Shown here: positions 16,940-30,807 of the stretch, one piece after another
Layout of the letters: each line of letters opens with the position of its first letter
How positions within the stretch are numbered: position 1 is the stretch's first letter
From: Octopus vulgaris
Lineage: Eukaryota
Reading direction: 5' to 3'
NCBI GenBank assembly: GCA_951406725.2
Contig: OX597837.1
Location: forward strand, 8,060,001 to 8,124,000
Length of the DNA stretch: 64,000 nucleotides
Notes under the pieces: generated by a model
Seen by the model: the letters and a program-made list of their open reading frames with translations, nothing else
What the model was told of the DNA's origin: nothing
Databases searched by the model: none
Position numbers and translations under genes: made by a program

Positions 16940-17250
16940 TCGTCTACTATAGTCTCGGGCTGACGACCAAAGCCTTGTGAGTGGATTTTGTAGGCGGAAC
17001 CTGAAAGAAGCTCGTCGTGTGCGCGTATGATATATATATATATATTTGTGGATGTCTGTGCCTGAGTTTGTCCCTCCACCACCACTTGACAACCGATGTT
17101 GGTGTATTTATGTCTCCGAAATATAGCGGTTCGGCAAAAGAGACTGATAGAATAAGTACTAGGCTTAGTAGGCTTACAAATAATCAGTCTTGGGGTAGAA
17201 TTCTTCGACTAATGGCCGCAGTCTAAGTACTGAAATGTGTCAAAGAGTAA
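16940..17250 (+). mobile_element. 5'-truncated family A SINE
   Basis: Homology to the family A body and tail. Confidence 0.85.
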
Positions 17251-17263
17251 TATATATATATAT

Positions 17264-17731
17264 AAGTAGGTGAATGAATTATCCTAGCATGGAAAATTCG
17301 TTTAACCGATACCTGGGTAGCAAATCCACGTAAAAAAACACGGTTGAAACGACCTGTCAAGGGTAGAAACTCCGGGTTCTTGTGTGGAAATTTGTGTGTT
17401 ATTTATGTGAATAAATGAAAAATGGAGTCGAACGAAGATTTTAACAAAATTCCTTTACTATCGACATATGTTTCGAAGACGCCATACTTTTAATTCCGAA
17501 GGAATAAATGGTGCATTATGCAATCTTCTCATCAGGAAAGATAAGGAGCCTCTTTCAGCCACAAGACGAACAAAATTTTTGATGATTGCCTACATGGTGA
17601 CCACAGTGATTATCACCATGTAGGCAATCATCAAAAATTTCGGAATTAAAAGTATGCCGTCTTCGAAACATATGTCGAGAGTAAAGGAATTTTGTTAAAA
17701 TATTCGTTCGACTCCATTCTTTTATTTATTC
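17264..17731 (-). mobile_element. Penelope-like pLTR fragment with partial inverted duplication
   Basis: Outer arms 17409-17500/17639-17731 and inner arms 17573-17600/17613-17640 are reverse complements; carries a hammerhead motif. Confidence 0.7.
17450..17547 (-). ncRNA. type I hammerhead ribozyme motif (canonical core)
   Basis: Minus strand reads CUUUC-CUGAUGA-GAAGAU...GUCUUC-GAAA-CAUAUG-UC-GAUAG; stem II GAAGA/UCUUC, palindromic stem III ACAUAUGU, GUC cleavage triplet (cut after 17463). Confidence 0.78.
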
Positions 17732-17864
17732 TTTCTCCCACACTTTCTTCTGTTGGCCTGCTCGCTTAGCCAGCGGGGTGGCGTCATTCGAAGGCTAAAA
17801 CAATGCGAACGCACTATGACCAGTGATGTGTATCAACATCTGATGGTCTGGTCGGTCACGTGAT

Positions 17865-17872
<8 letters not shown>
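17731..17872 (+). mobile_element. 3' fragment of family C SINE
   Basis: Matches 28890-29010. Confidence 0.85.
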
Positions 17873-17910
<38 letters not shown>

Positions 17911-17953
17911 GTATGTATATATATATATATATATATTTGTGTGTGTGTGTGTT

Positions 17954-17999
<46 letters not shown>

Positions 18000-18318
18000 C
18001 TTGCACATAGGCACTTATGCAAACTCTAGTTTGTGTTTTGAGCACTTGTTTTCTCGCCTGGACGTCTAAAATATATACGCTAAATAATGTCTGTGTACAT
18101 TTCTGTGTAAGTATGCATATATGTAGGCATGTGTAAGTATGCATATATGCATATATGTAGGCATGTAGGTATATTTGTATATAAATCTATACTCATATCG
18201 ATATCTATATCTATATATATATATATGCATATATGTATACATACATATATATAGGTATTACGTATGTATATATATATGTAAAGATATACATATATGCACA
18301 TATGTAAGTATATATCTG

Positions 18319-18367
<49 letters not shown>

Positions 18368-18754
18368 GTGATTGTGTGTGTATACATATATCTATATGCG
18401 TGTGTCTGTGTGTGTGTGTTTGTTTGTAGTCTAACCAGCTAAAATACTGACACGTACACGTATCGGAATAAATATAAATTCTATCGGAGTACATTTATAC
18501 TTCAAACTGCTTTTATATTTTGTGTGTGGGAAATAGGAGTTTAATATGCACACACACACAGACACTCACACACACACGTACACACACGCACATGCACACA
18601 CACAGATGTTCACACATACACCCAAACAAACACATACTACTAAACACGCTTATATGAAACCTTAGTCTGACCAGAGTTACTTCTGGTTTTGAAATTCTTA
18701 ATGTATTTCAACTAATGAACATGTAAATATATATATATATACATATATATATAT

Positions 18755-18940
18755 ATGATAGATCGTTAGCCACTACACACATGTTTTTCTCTCCTTGTTT
18801 TCTGTGTCCCTTTCTGTAGATGAGCGTAGGCTCGAAACGTAAAAGACTGTTTCTATTCCTGAGCGTTATACTAATATATCTGTTTGTTTTGTACACCACT
18901 TGTCTTCGTCTTTTATTGTTTCTTTCGTAAATTCTCCCTA
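18755..18940 (+). mobile_element. short Penelope-like element with minimal hammerhead-like motif (18810-18847)
   Basis: Second copy at 44052-44245; CUUU-CUGUAGA-U-GAGC gtag GCUC-GAAA-CG-UA-AAAG; flanked by (TA)n. Confidence 0.65.
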
Positions 18941-18948
18941 TATATATG

Positions 18949-18984
<36 letters not shown>

Positions 18985-19284
18985 TGTATGTATGTATGTA
19001 TGTATGTATGTATGTGTGTGTATGTTTATATATATATATAATCCTGCCTCTGTTTCCAATGCCTTCTCAAACGGCTCAACCAAATTAAATCAAATTTAAC
19101 ATGGTAATGCTATCAGACCCCGTGAGTGTCAACACGTAATTTCTTTTTTTTTTTGTCATTTGGATTAAAACAATGCAACGTTGGCATTGGTTCAGTATTA
19201 CGTATCAAAAATCAAAGAATAGAAGTGAAAGAATCAAATCTATATTGCAATGTGATATATTGTTTCACTTATACTGTCATTTTA

Positions 19285-19915
19285 CCTATAACGACGACGA
19301 CGACGACGTCACATTTTGTATATGACTGTGTATCTGTCTGTGAATGTATGAGTGTGTGTATTAGAGTCTATATATCTCACAGTGTGTGTGTGTGTGTGTC
19401 TTCATGTGTTAGGTACGTTATTAAACATACACACATCTACACATACATATACATATGTAACGTCACATTTATACTTTTACTTTTAATTTTAACCACGACG
19501 ACGACGTCACATTTTATATAAAACTGTGTATCTGTGAATGTATGTGTGTCAATGTTAGAGTATATATATGTCTCACAGTGAGTGTCTGTGTGTGTGCCTT
19601 TCCGCGTTAGGTACGTTATTAAATATACTACATGTATGTGAGGGCTGGTCAGCGTGAATACGAAATTTTAACTTCATTTCCATTAAAACAATATAACATT
19701 TCTTACGTGTCAGTGTATAAGTGTGTATATGTCTCACAATGAATACATGCGTCTCACAGTGTGTGAGTATTTTCACGTTAGGTATGTTATTAAACAGCAC
19801 ACTATACATACGTGAGGGCTGGTGAGTGTCAGTACGAAAATTTATTTCTTAGAGATAATCTTTCTGTTGTCAACAGGACATTTTATACCACGACGACAAC
19901 GACATCACATTGGGG
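19285..19915. repeat. degenerate ~200 bp tandem repeat (3+ copies)
   Basis: ACGACGACG(T/A)CACATT at ~19300, ~19498 and ~19895; TCTCACAGTG...GTTAGGTA(C/T)GTTATTAAA recurs three times. Confidence 0.7.
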
Positions 19916-19970
19916 AATAAAATAGTAATACAAAGGCACACCTACATAAACACACAAACACACACACACA

Positions 19971-20024
<54 letters not shown>

Positions 20025-20029
20025 AACAC

Positions 20030-20172
20030 ATATATATACGACAGACTTCTTTCAGTTTCCGGCTTTGGTCGGCCGGAGGCTATAGTAGAAGAAACTTGCC
20101 TAAGGTGCCACGCAGTGGGAATGAACCCGGAACCATGTGGTTGGGAGGCATACTTCTTATCACGCAGCCACA
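20030..20172 (-). mobile_element. family A SINE 5' fragment
   Basis: Homology, with internal deletion. Confidence 0.8.
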
Positions 20173-20459
20173 AACACACACGCACGCACGCGCGCATATG
20201 TAATAGAAGCAGATAATACGTATATCGATATATGGACATATATTTCGCTCAGGAATTGCGTGATTTTCTCTTTGTTGATGCCGTCCCCCAGAGAGGCATA
20301 AGTCTAATTATTTCCCAAATAAATTGCCCTCTAAATTCGAGGCTCCGAGGTTTCTGCTTTAGGATAGAGTAGACTAATGTGTGTGTGTGTATATATATAT
20401 GTGTGTGTTTATGTATGTATGTATCTGTGTATGTATATATATATAAATACATATGTATA

Positions 20460-20494
<35 letters not shown>

Positions 20495-20786
20495 CTATGT
20501 ATATATACATATACATATGTATGTGTATATGTATATATATATATATATGTATATATGTATATGTATGTGTATATATTTAATATATCTGTATATATGTGTA
20601 TGCATATATTTATGTATATATACTTCTACATATATATATATGCATACATATACACATATATATAGCGAGAGAGGGATATTGATATAATTACATCAATATG
20701 CATATGTATATACGTATGTAGTGACATACATAAATATATGTATGTATGCACACACATACACACATATATGTATGTATGTATCGGTG

Positions 20787-20858
<72 letters not shown>

Positions 20859-21016
20859 TATGTATGTATATATATGCTTTCTGTGCAAATGGCCTTTGTT
20901 ATACGGTGCCGGGTTTTATAATCCTGTAAATAATAATAATGGTATTTATATAATCGTTAAGGTTATAGCTTTCACCGTGCAATTACTAAGAAAGATAGTC
21001 TAATAATGGGACGAAA

Positions 21017-21260
<244 letters not shown>

Positions 21261-22069
21261 GTTTGTGTGATTGAGCATGTGCCTATGTGTGTGTGCGCGC
21301 GAGATTGTGTGCGTGTACGCGCGGGTGTGTATTGTTCTTTGTCTTTAATTACTTGAATTCCTCCAATGAAGAAGGAACTTTTTTCTAACAAAGATACAAG
21401 GCTTCATACAAAGAGATTTCAAAACAAATTCGTATTTTCAAGCTTAAGAAAAGTCGCGCACATTATCACTGTTCCGCTCGCAGTTTGTATTTTAAATGAA
21501 GCAATTTAGCCGGTTGGTTCATTTTCCCTAAAAACCAAGGATTTTCCAGATTGTCTCACTCTTTTACTTGCAAGTGTATCTCTTATTGTTGATGTAAATG
21601 TGAATTTATAATCCGGATAAAAGAAACGGTGTTTTCGAACATGTTATCCTCTTTGTCTTCGAGTTTTCAAATATATATTCATCTCAGAAGAGAAGCTGAC
21701 CTCTATGACAGCATACTTTTTCTTGAAGCGAGTACCGTTGCAAAACAAAACCAAAATCTGTTGACTTATCAAATATTCAGACAAGCGAGCAAAATAGCAT
21801 TAATTATGCAAACTGTCTTCTCCAGTCTAACAGTGTTCTTAGCCAACAAATACCACAGATTTTCTAAGCAATCTGTTCAGGGATAGTTAAAGGAGGGTGC
21901 TCAGTTGCTTATGAGCTCGGGGTTGAGGTGAGACGTATTGCACATATAACTGTTTCATATCTTTATATCCGTGAACTTACAGATATATCGATATTTTTTT
22001 GTATTCCTGTATAGAATACGAACAAAATTCTTGTACGTATGCAGTCTTTATTGCTATTATTGTTATTAG

Positions 22070-22200
22070 AACAGGGCTGGCAGGGATCGTTAGCGCGTCG
22101 GACAAAATGTTTTGTTGCGTTTCTTCTTGCCCTGTACGGTTTAAGTACAAATTCTGCCGAAGTCGACTGTGCTTTTCATCAATCGGGATCGATAAAATGT
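22070..22200 (+). mobile_element. diverged family B SINE
   Basis: GCTGGCAGGGATCGTTAGC...GTCGACTGTGCTTTTCATC...GATCGATAAAA. Confidence 0.7.
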
Positions 22201-22331
22201 ACAATTGTTGTTAGATACAATGATGGCAACAACCTAAAGAGATTCTCCGTAGTATTTTAGCATATTATAGCAAAGATATGATGCACATCGGTATCTTCCT
22301 ATATATATATATATATATATTACTGCATTTA

Positions 22332-22367
<36 letters not shown>

Positions 22368-22710
22368 CATAAATACTTAGGTAAACTCACATTACACGCA
22401 CACACAGAGACACACACACACACATACAGACACACATGTATATGTGTATGTATGTCTGTGTGTGCTAGCATGTGTGTATACATACATTCATAGATAATAT
22501 TCGTTTGTGTGTGTGCGTGTGTGTGTGTGTGTGTGTGTGCGGGTGAGAGAGTGTGTATATACGCTACTAAAAAGATGATTGTTTACAAAAGAAGAAATGG
22601 CCAGCTAATGATGTTGGACTTGGGTTTGGTAAGAATCTGTTGGCAGGCCTTTGCACACACATACACACATATATGTATGTCTATGCATATGTATATATAT
22701 GTATATATGC

Positions 22711-22755
<45 letters not shown>

Positions 22756-22850
22756 CAAGTAAATATATATTCCTACAGACGCACACATATATATAATTAT
22801 ATATAGGCACATAAATACATTCATGCATACATACACACATACATACAGGT

Positions 22851-22900
<50 letters not shown>

Positions 22901-23596
22901 GTGTGTGTATGTATATACATTAGCCCTCTATCTGATTCATATATGCTACTCCTTAAGCTTCCGGTTGCACACACACACAAACACACACGCACACACACAC
23001 AGTCACACACATACGCACATTCACATTTACACACCACAAACACACACACACGCACAAGCAATCCTACTCGATCAGGTGTACACTCGCACACAGCCTCCCA
23101 CACGTATCGTGTTGATAATGTTGAAAATAGTAGCATATAATAGCTTCATAGAAACGGTTTCTCCCGCTTCCTCGCATCCTTACCAAACTTGCACGGCGTC
23201 TCTCTCAGATCTCTGCCGATCTCTTACAAACGACGTATCGATTCTAGAAATTCGTTGCCAAATTTCTGCTAGACAATTCTCACGGGATTTCAAACTTCCG
23301 AATTATTCTAACAATAAATGTTATGTATTCTGTGTTATACTTATGTCTCTATACCCGTGTGTTTGCTTGCGTGCGTGCGTGCGTGTGTGTGTGTGTGTGT
23401 GTGTGGATGTGTGTGCCTGTATGTATATTATTCTATTCGTTGTGTGTGTATGCGCACACTAACACAGGTGAACATTTGTAGCTTTCTACGCATGACTGAG
23501 TACAAATGCATACATATACACACACACATATACATCCACATCCACACACACACACACACACACACACTTATATATACACACGCATGTATATATATA

Positions 23597-23680
<84 letters not shown>

Positions 23681-23937
23681 TATAGTTATTGGTTTGTATG
23701 CATGCGAAAATGTGTGCATGGACTGCATGATTGCATGTATGAATTTATTTACTCACCTACAGTACATGCATGCATATCTACACCTATAAGTATATATATA
23801 TGTGTGTGTGTAAGTGTGAGTGTGTGTGTGTATGCGTGTATATATATATATATACATTAATACACATATTCATGTACATCTAACTACCTACCTACTCTCA
23901 GTGATACACATGTATGTATATATCCATACACACGTAT

Positions 23938-24000
<63 letters not shown>

Positions 24001-24017
24001 TTGTGTATGCATATCTA

Positions 24018-24093
<76 letters not shown>

Positions 24094-24527
24094 CATGCAT
24101 AGATACTCACACTATATACCTTCTTACATACATATATACATGCCATCCACCCATCCGACCTGCCACCCTATTTTCATACCTACCTACCTACATGCATACA
24201 TACATACATACATACATACATACATACATACATACATACATACATACATACATACATACATACATACATACATACATACATACATACATACATACATACA
24301 TACATACATACATACATACACATACATACATACATACATACATACATACATACATACATACATACACGCATACATCCCAGCGTACATAGCAAGGCACCGA
24401 GAAGGACATTTAGTGAGACAGAAGTTGATATTTAATGGTGCCAAGTCACATAATGAGAACTAGACACTCACACACACAGATATGCATATACATATATTCA
24501 TGTATATTACATATGAATAAAAATGTA

Positions 24528-24558
<31 letters not shown>

Positions 24559-24617
24559 ATATACATATTTATATATGTATGCATATATATATGTATATAT
24601 ATATGCATATATATATA

Positions 24618-24648
<31 letters not shown>

Positions 24649-24649
24649 T

Positions 24650-24685
<36 letters not shown>

Positions 24686-24881
24686 GCATATATAAATGTA
24701 CTTATTCACACACACACTCACTCTCTCTCTATCTCTCTCACACACACAAATTCTATGCTTTATTCGTTTGCTGGCTTCATTTATTGGATAGCAGCCATTC
24801 TGTGGCTGCTTCTTCAAATGTTTAGTCGATCAAATCGACCCGGGTACTGATTCTCCAATATACTCGCTGCCTTAAAAATAA

Positions 24882-24986
<105 letters not shown>

Positions 24987-24994
24987 TTATTATC

Positions 24995-25520
24995 ATTGCT
25001 TTTGCACCGCCTCTAACGCTGGAAATATACTACGGTGTCAACTGTTCACTACCAGTGATCTAAGGTAACACCTCTTTTTTTTCGAGCACCTTCCCGAGTA
25101 TTCGAGCGGTTCCAAGCAGTGCTGTTTTTTGCAAGTGCTCCACCCTTATTGCTGCTCCTATTTGTTTCACGAACTTCTCTAGATTTTTGCTCCCTGTTCT
25201 CAGGGCTCCGACAATTATTGGTACTACTGCTACGTTTTTCATCGACCACAACTGCTTAATTTCCCAAGCTAACCTGAAATATCTCACCACTTTTCTTTCT
25301 TCCTTATCGCATACCTTGTTGTCAGCTGGGCATGCTATATCTATGATTCAGCATAGTTTGCTTTCTTTCTCAATTAAGACTATGTCTGGCTTCCTATTCT
25401 CTATCTCATGGTCGCACTGAATCATAAAATCCCATAGGATCTTTGCATTTCTCTTTTCGACGATGCCTTCAGGTTTGTGGTCATACCAAATTTTTTCCCT
25501 GTCAAGTCCATACTTGTTGC
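24995..25520 (-). mobile_element. R4/Dong-clade non-LTR retrotransposon 3' end (restriction-like endonuclease pseudogene)
   Basis: Minus translation KILWDFMIQCDHEIENRKPDIVLIEKESKLC*IIDIACPADNKV...LAWEIKQLWSMKNVAVVPIIVGAL...LQKTALLGTARIL; PD..D RLE motif; adjacent to a TAA tract. Confidence 0.9.
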
Positions 25521-25639
25521 AGATGATGATGAAGATGATGATGATGTTGGTGGTGATGGTGGTGATTATGACGATGGTGATGATGACGACGACGACGATG
25601 ATGATGGCTTCGAATTTTGGCTCAGGGCCAGCATTTTTA

Positions 25640-25775
25640 GAGGCTCGAGTTTATTCTATCGACTCCGTAAAAATGAAAATGCAAAGCCGACCTGGGCGGT
25701 ATTTGTAACTAAAGATCGGACGAAACGCCGTTAAGCATTTTCGTACGGCTTACAAACGATTCTGCCAGCTTGGGG
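25640..25775 (-). mobile_element. diverged family B SINE fragment
   Basis: GATTCTGCCAGCT head in reverse, ATGAAAATGCAAAGCCGACCT. Confidence 0.65.
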
Positions 25776-25907
25776 CCCTGACAACAACAGCAACAACAAC
25801 ACGAGGGCTAATATAACTATACATAAAATTACATGTAACAACTACATAAAAGAAAGCAACAACAACAATAATAATAATAATGATAATAATAGTAGTAGTA
25901 GTAGTAT

Positions 25908-25960
<53 letters not shown>

Positions 25961-26319
25961 ACGACAGCTTCCATTTGAGTACTCGACGATAATACAATAT
26001 TATAACTGGAACAGCTAAAGCATTCATACCTATTATTTTGTTTTGGCATTTAGGTGTGTTGCGTACACCGAGCTAAGGGCGCCTTTTGTAATTCCTCTCC
26101 TCGAACCCTATCCGACATTGTTGTGCGCAAACATATATATATATACACATGTATATATACACACATACTTGTGCGCCCGTGTGTGTGTGTGTGTGTGTTA
26201 ACTCACAACTAATCGATTCCTATAGATTTCTAATTCTGCGCTTGATCTAATTTCATTATCTGTGTTTTCTTATCTAGCTTGACTTTATCAATATTTTCAG
26301 AATGGTCTTCACTCCTCCT

Positions 26320-27090
<771 letters not shown>

Positions 27091-27257
27091 TACCTTCAAG
27101 GTGAACTTGGCACGTTCTTCCACAGCTATTCCCCATGCCAAAGTCCCGTCCTAATGTGTTAACAATGTACAGAAGTTGCTTCCTTTCCCCTTCGCTCATT
27201 CGGACAATGCAGGCCAGAATCGGAAAGCCGCGATGTCAAAATAGGGAACAAATAAGT

Positions 27258-27259
27258 GC

Positions 27260-27321
<62 letters not shown>

Positions 27322-27626
27322 AAACAACAGCAACAACAACAACAACAGCAACAGCAGCAGCAATATTTGTTGCTCTTCTTGGTGGTGGTAGTAGTAATAG
27401 TACTGGTTGGTTGTGTTGGGCGTGGTGCTGGTGGTGGCGATGGTGAGCGGTGTTGAGATTGGTAGCAGTAGTTACGATGGTGGTGGTAGTAATAATGGCG
27501 GAGGTGGTAGAGGTGGTGGTGGTCGTCGTCGTTGTAGTAGTAGTAATAACAGCAGCAGAAGCAGCAGTAGTGGTGGTGGTGGTGTTGGCATCTTAGAAGT
27601 AGGTGTAGTAATAGTAGTAGCAGGAA

Positions 27627-27673
<47 letters not shown>

Positions 27674-27861
27674 ATGGTAGTAGTAGTGGTAAAAGCAGTA
27701 GCAGAAGCAGCAGCAGTAGCAACAGCAGCAACAGCAGTAGTAGTAGTAGTAGTATTAGTAGTAGTAGTAATAGTAATAGTAGTAGTAGTAGTAGTAGTAA
27801 TAGTAATAGTAGTAGTAGTAGTAGTAGTAGTAGTAGCAGAAGCATCAGCAGTAGCAGCAGC

Positions 27862-27910
<49 letters not shown>

Positions 27911-27969
27911 ATGGTAGTAGTAGTGGTAAAGCAGTAGCAGAAGCAGCAGCAGTAGCACAGCAGCACAGC

Positions 27970-28003
<34 letters not shown>

Positions 28004-28086
28004 ATAGTAATAGTAGTAGTAGTAGTAGTAGTAATAGTAATAGTAGTAGTAGTAGTAGTAGCAGAAGCATCAGCAGTAGCAGCAGC

Positions 28087-28139
<53 letters not shown>

Positions 28140-28207
28140 GTGTAGCAGCAGCAGCTGCAGTAGTAGTGGTAGTAGTAGTGGTAGCAGCAGCAGCAGCAGC
28201 AGCAGCA
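27258..28207. repeat. (CAA)n, (AGT)n, (AGC)n trinucleotide field with ~237 bp higher-order duplication
   Basis: GTAATGGTAGTAGTAGTGGTAAA(A)GCAGTAGCAGAAGCAGC at ~27671 and ~27908. Confidence 0.9.
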
Positions 28208-28293
28208 CATTGACACACGCAACCGACCTTTGCAAGAATAAAGGTGAGGATCCCGAGGACTATACAAGAGACAATGCAAGTGTTTTGGAAGGA

Positions 28294-28381
28294 CGGAATT
28301 GCGGAATTGCGGAATTGCGGAATTGCGGAATTGCGGAATTGCGGAATTGCGGAATTGCGGAATTGCGGAATTGCGGAATTG
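28294..28381. repeat. perfect octamer tandem repeat (CGGAATTG)x11
   Basis: Direct inspection. Confidence 0.95.
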
Positions 28382-28588
28382 TTCTGGTGCAGATGCTGAA
28401 GGCTTTCGACGACGAAAACACTTCCTGAATTCTCTCCAAACCTCCACAAAGCACTCTTTGTTGACCGTCTGACCAGAGGGACCTCAGTTGATATAGAAAA
28501 TGTCCTTGCCGTTGTATTCCCGATCGACTTGTTTCGCCTGGCCTCATTTTCCAGTGAAAAGCACAGGTACTCGGCTAATATTAATTAA

Positions 28589-28721
<133 letters not shown>

Positions 28722-28724
28722 TAT

Positions 28725-29010
28725 GGAGGCGCAATGGCCCAGTGGTTAGGGCAGCGGACTCGCAGTTGTGGGATCGCGGCTTCGATTCCCAGACCGGGCG
28801 TTGTGAGTGTTTATTGAGCGAAAACACCTAAAGCTCCACGAGGCTCCGGCAGGAGGTGATGGCGATCCCTGCTGTACTCTTTCGCCGCAACTTTCTCTCA
28901 CTCTTTCTTCTGTTGGCCTGCTCGCTTAGCCAGTGGGGTAGCGTAATTTGAAGCGCATTGTGACCAGCGATGTGTAGCTACATCTGATAGCCTGGTCGGT
29001 GACGGTGATA
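28725..29010 (+). mobile_element. tRNA(Arg)-like SINE, family C (possibly octopus OR-type)
   Basis: Head GGCGCAATGGCCCAGTGGTTAGGGCAGCGGACTCGC...TTCGATTCC with A/B boxes and TCG anticodon-like loop; inserted in (TA)n. Confidence 0.9.
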
Positions 29011-29112
29011 TATATATATATATAAGAAAAAAGGTTTGAAAATGCAATTTAAACGAAGATTATTTTCAAACCTTTTCTTTATAATCCACTCGTGCGATAC
29101 CCCACAACCCAA

Positions 29113-29154
<42 letters not shown>

Positions 29155-29157
<3 letters not shown>

Positions 29158-29330
29158 CGGAGTAGATGAAACAGGGACAACTGAAGAAGGGGAATATTCC
29201 TTGAGTTGTATGTCTTGTACTCTGTTTTTCGTTGTTTGATAAAAATAGTTCGTTTCCATGATTTTGTTTTTATGTTTTCGTTTCTCATTGTGTTCGACGT
29301 TTTTTTGATGTCCTGTATCCATATATCCAT
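29155..29330 (+). mobile_element. short Penelope-like fragment with degenerate hammerhead fold
   Basis: Stem I AAACAGGGACAA/TTGTACTCTGTTT, CUGAAGA at 29181, stem II GGGGAA/TTCCTT, GTC at 29212; GAAA box corrupted; flanked by (TA)n. Confidence 0.5.
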
Positions 29331-30293
29331 ATATATATATATATATATATATGCATATAAGTGTGGGTATGTACATATATGTATGTATATATGCATATAT
29401 TTATATATTATTTATATTATTATATGATCGAACGCCACGCATCCTTTTCCAAGTAAGTTTTATATATGTACGTATGTGTATATACATACATGTATATATA
29501 GCCATACATACACACACATACTCGCACATACTCATAGAGATACATATATACATGTACACAAATATATATACTTATGTTATTTATTGGTGCATTAACACTA
29601 ATCTAAATAATAAGTATGAAAGGACACCCTCACACACAATCACACACACACACAGACACACACGCACGTACACACATTCACATGTACACACACAAACTCA
29701 AACACATACATGCGCACGCAAGCAAACACGAACGTTATCATTACCATCAACATTGTAATCCGCGCCATCTTTATCACTAATATTATCCTCCCCCTCCACC
29801 TCCTCCTCCTCCACCAAATATTTCTCCTCTCTCTCTCCATCTCCCCCTCTTTCTTAACATCCTTCCTACACGTATCTATCACTTACATTTCTCCATGTTC
29901 GATAATATTTATTACTAAGCATCCACGATGTTGATGTCGATGTAGTTAGCCATAAAAGTAACAGTTCGACTTTTAACTAAAGTGTTAAACATACTAATTA
30001 GTTTTGTCACCTAAATCCGTAATATTGATTAACACAATCTGAAATATGTCACACACTTTCAAATATGACACTTTCTTGTATCCATTTACGTTGGTATACG
30101 CGGACATTTTTGTTGGTATTCTACTGTCGTTTTCTTTTCTGTATACCTGCCTCGTTTTCACGCATTTTGAATGTACTATATGAATATTTATTCATGCATA
30201 CGTACATACACACGCACATATATACATGTATGTATATGTATGCATATGCACATATGCACATACATACATATATAAATATATAAATGTGTGTGT

Positions 30294-30326
<33 letters not shown>

Positions 30327-30440
30327 ATGTATATCTATCTATCTATCTATCTATCGATCTATCTATCTATATATTTATCTATCTATCTACCTAACTATCT
30401 ATTATCCATCCATCTATCATCTATCTATCTATCTATCATC

Positions 30441-30501
<61 letters not shown>

Positions 30502-30503
30502 CT

Positions 30504-30583
<80 letters not shown>

Positions 30584-30700
30584 TATATAAATTTAAAATG
30601 AGGGTGAGAAATTAGATATTAATTTAATTAACATCGATTTCACACCAGTAGTCTAGCATATAAAATAAGGGTGTCCACATAGTTGTTTCCCTCTAATATG

Positions 30701-30793
<93 letters not shown>

Positions 30794-30807
30794 ACACATA
30801 ATGTACA

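Noticed and set aside
28725-28800. tRNA-like sequences (also at 31458, 41500 and 46170)
   Set aside because: They are SINE heads continuing into SINE bodies and lack an intact acceptor stem
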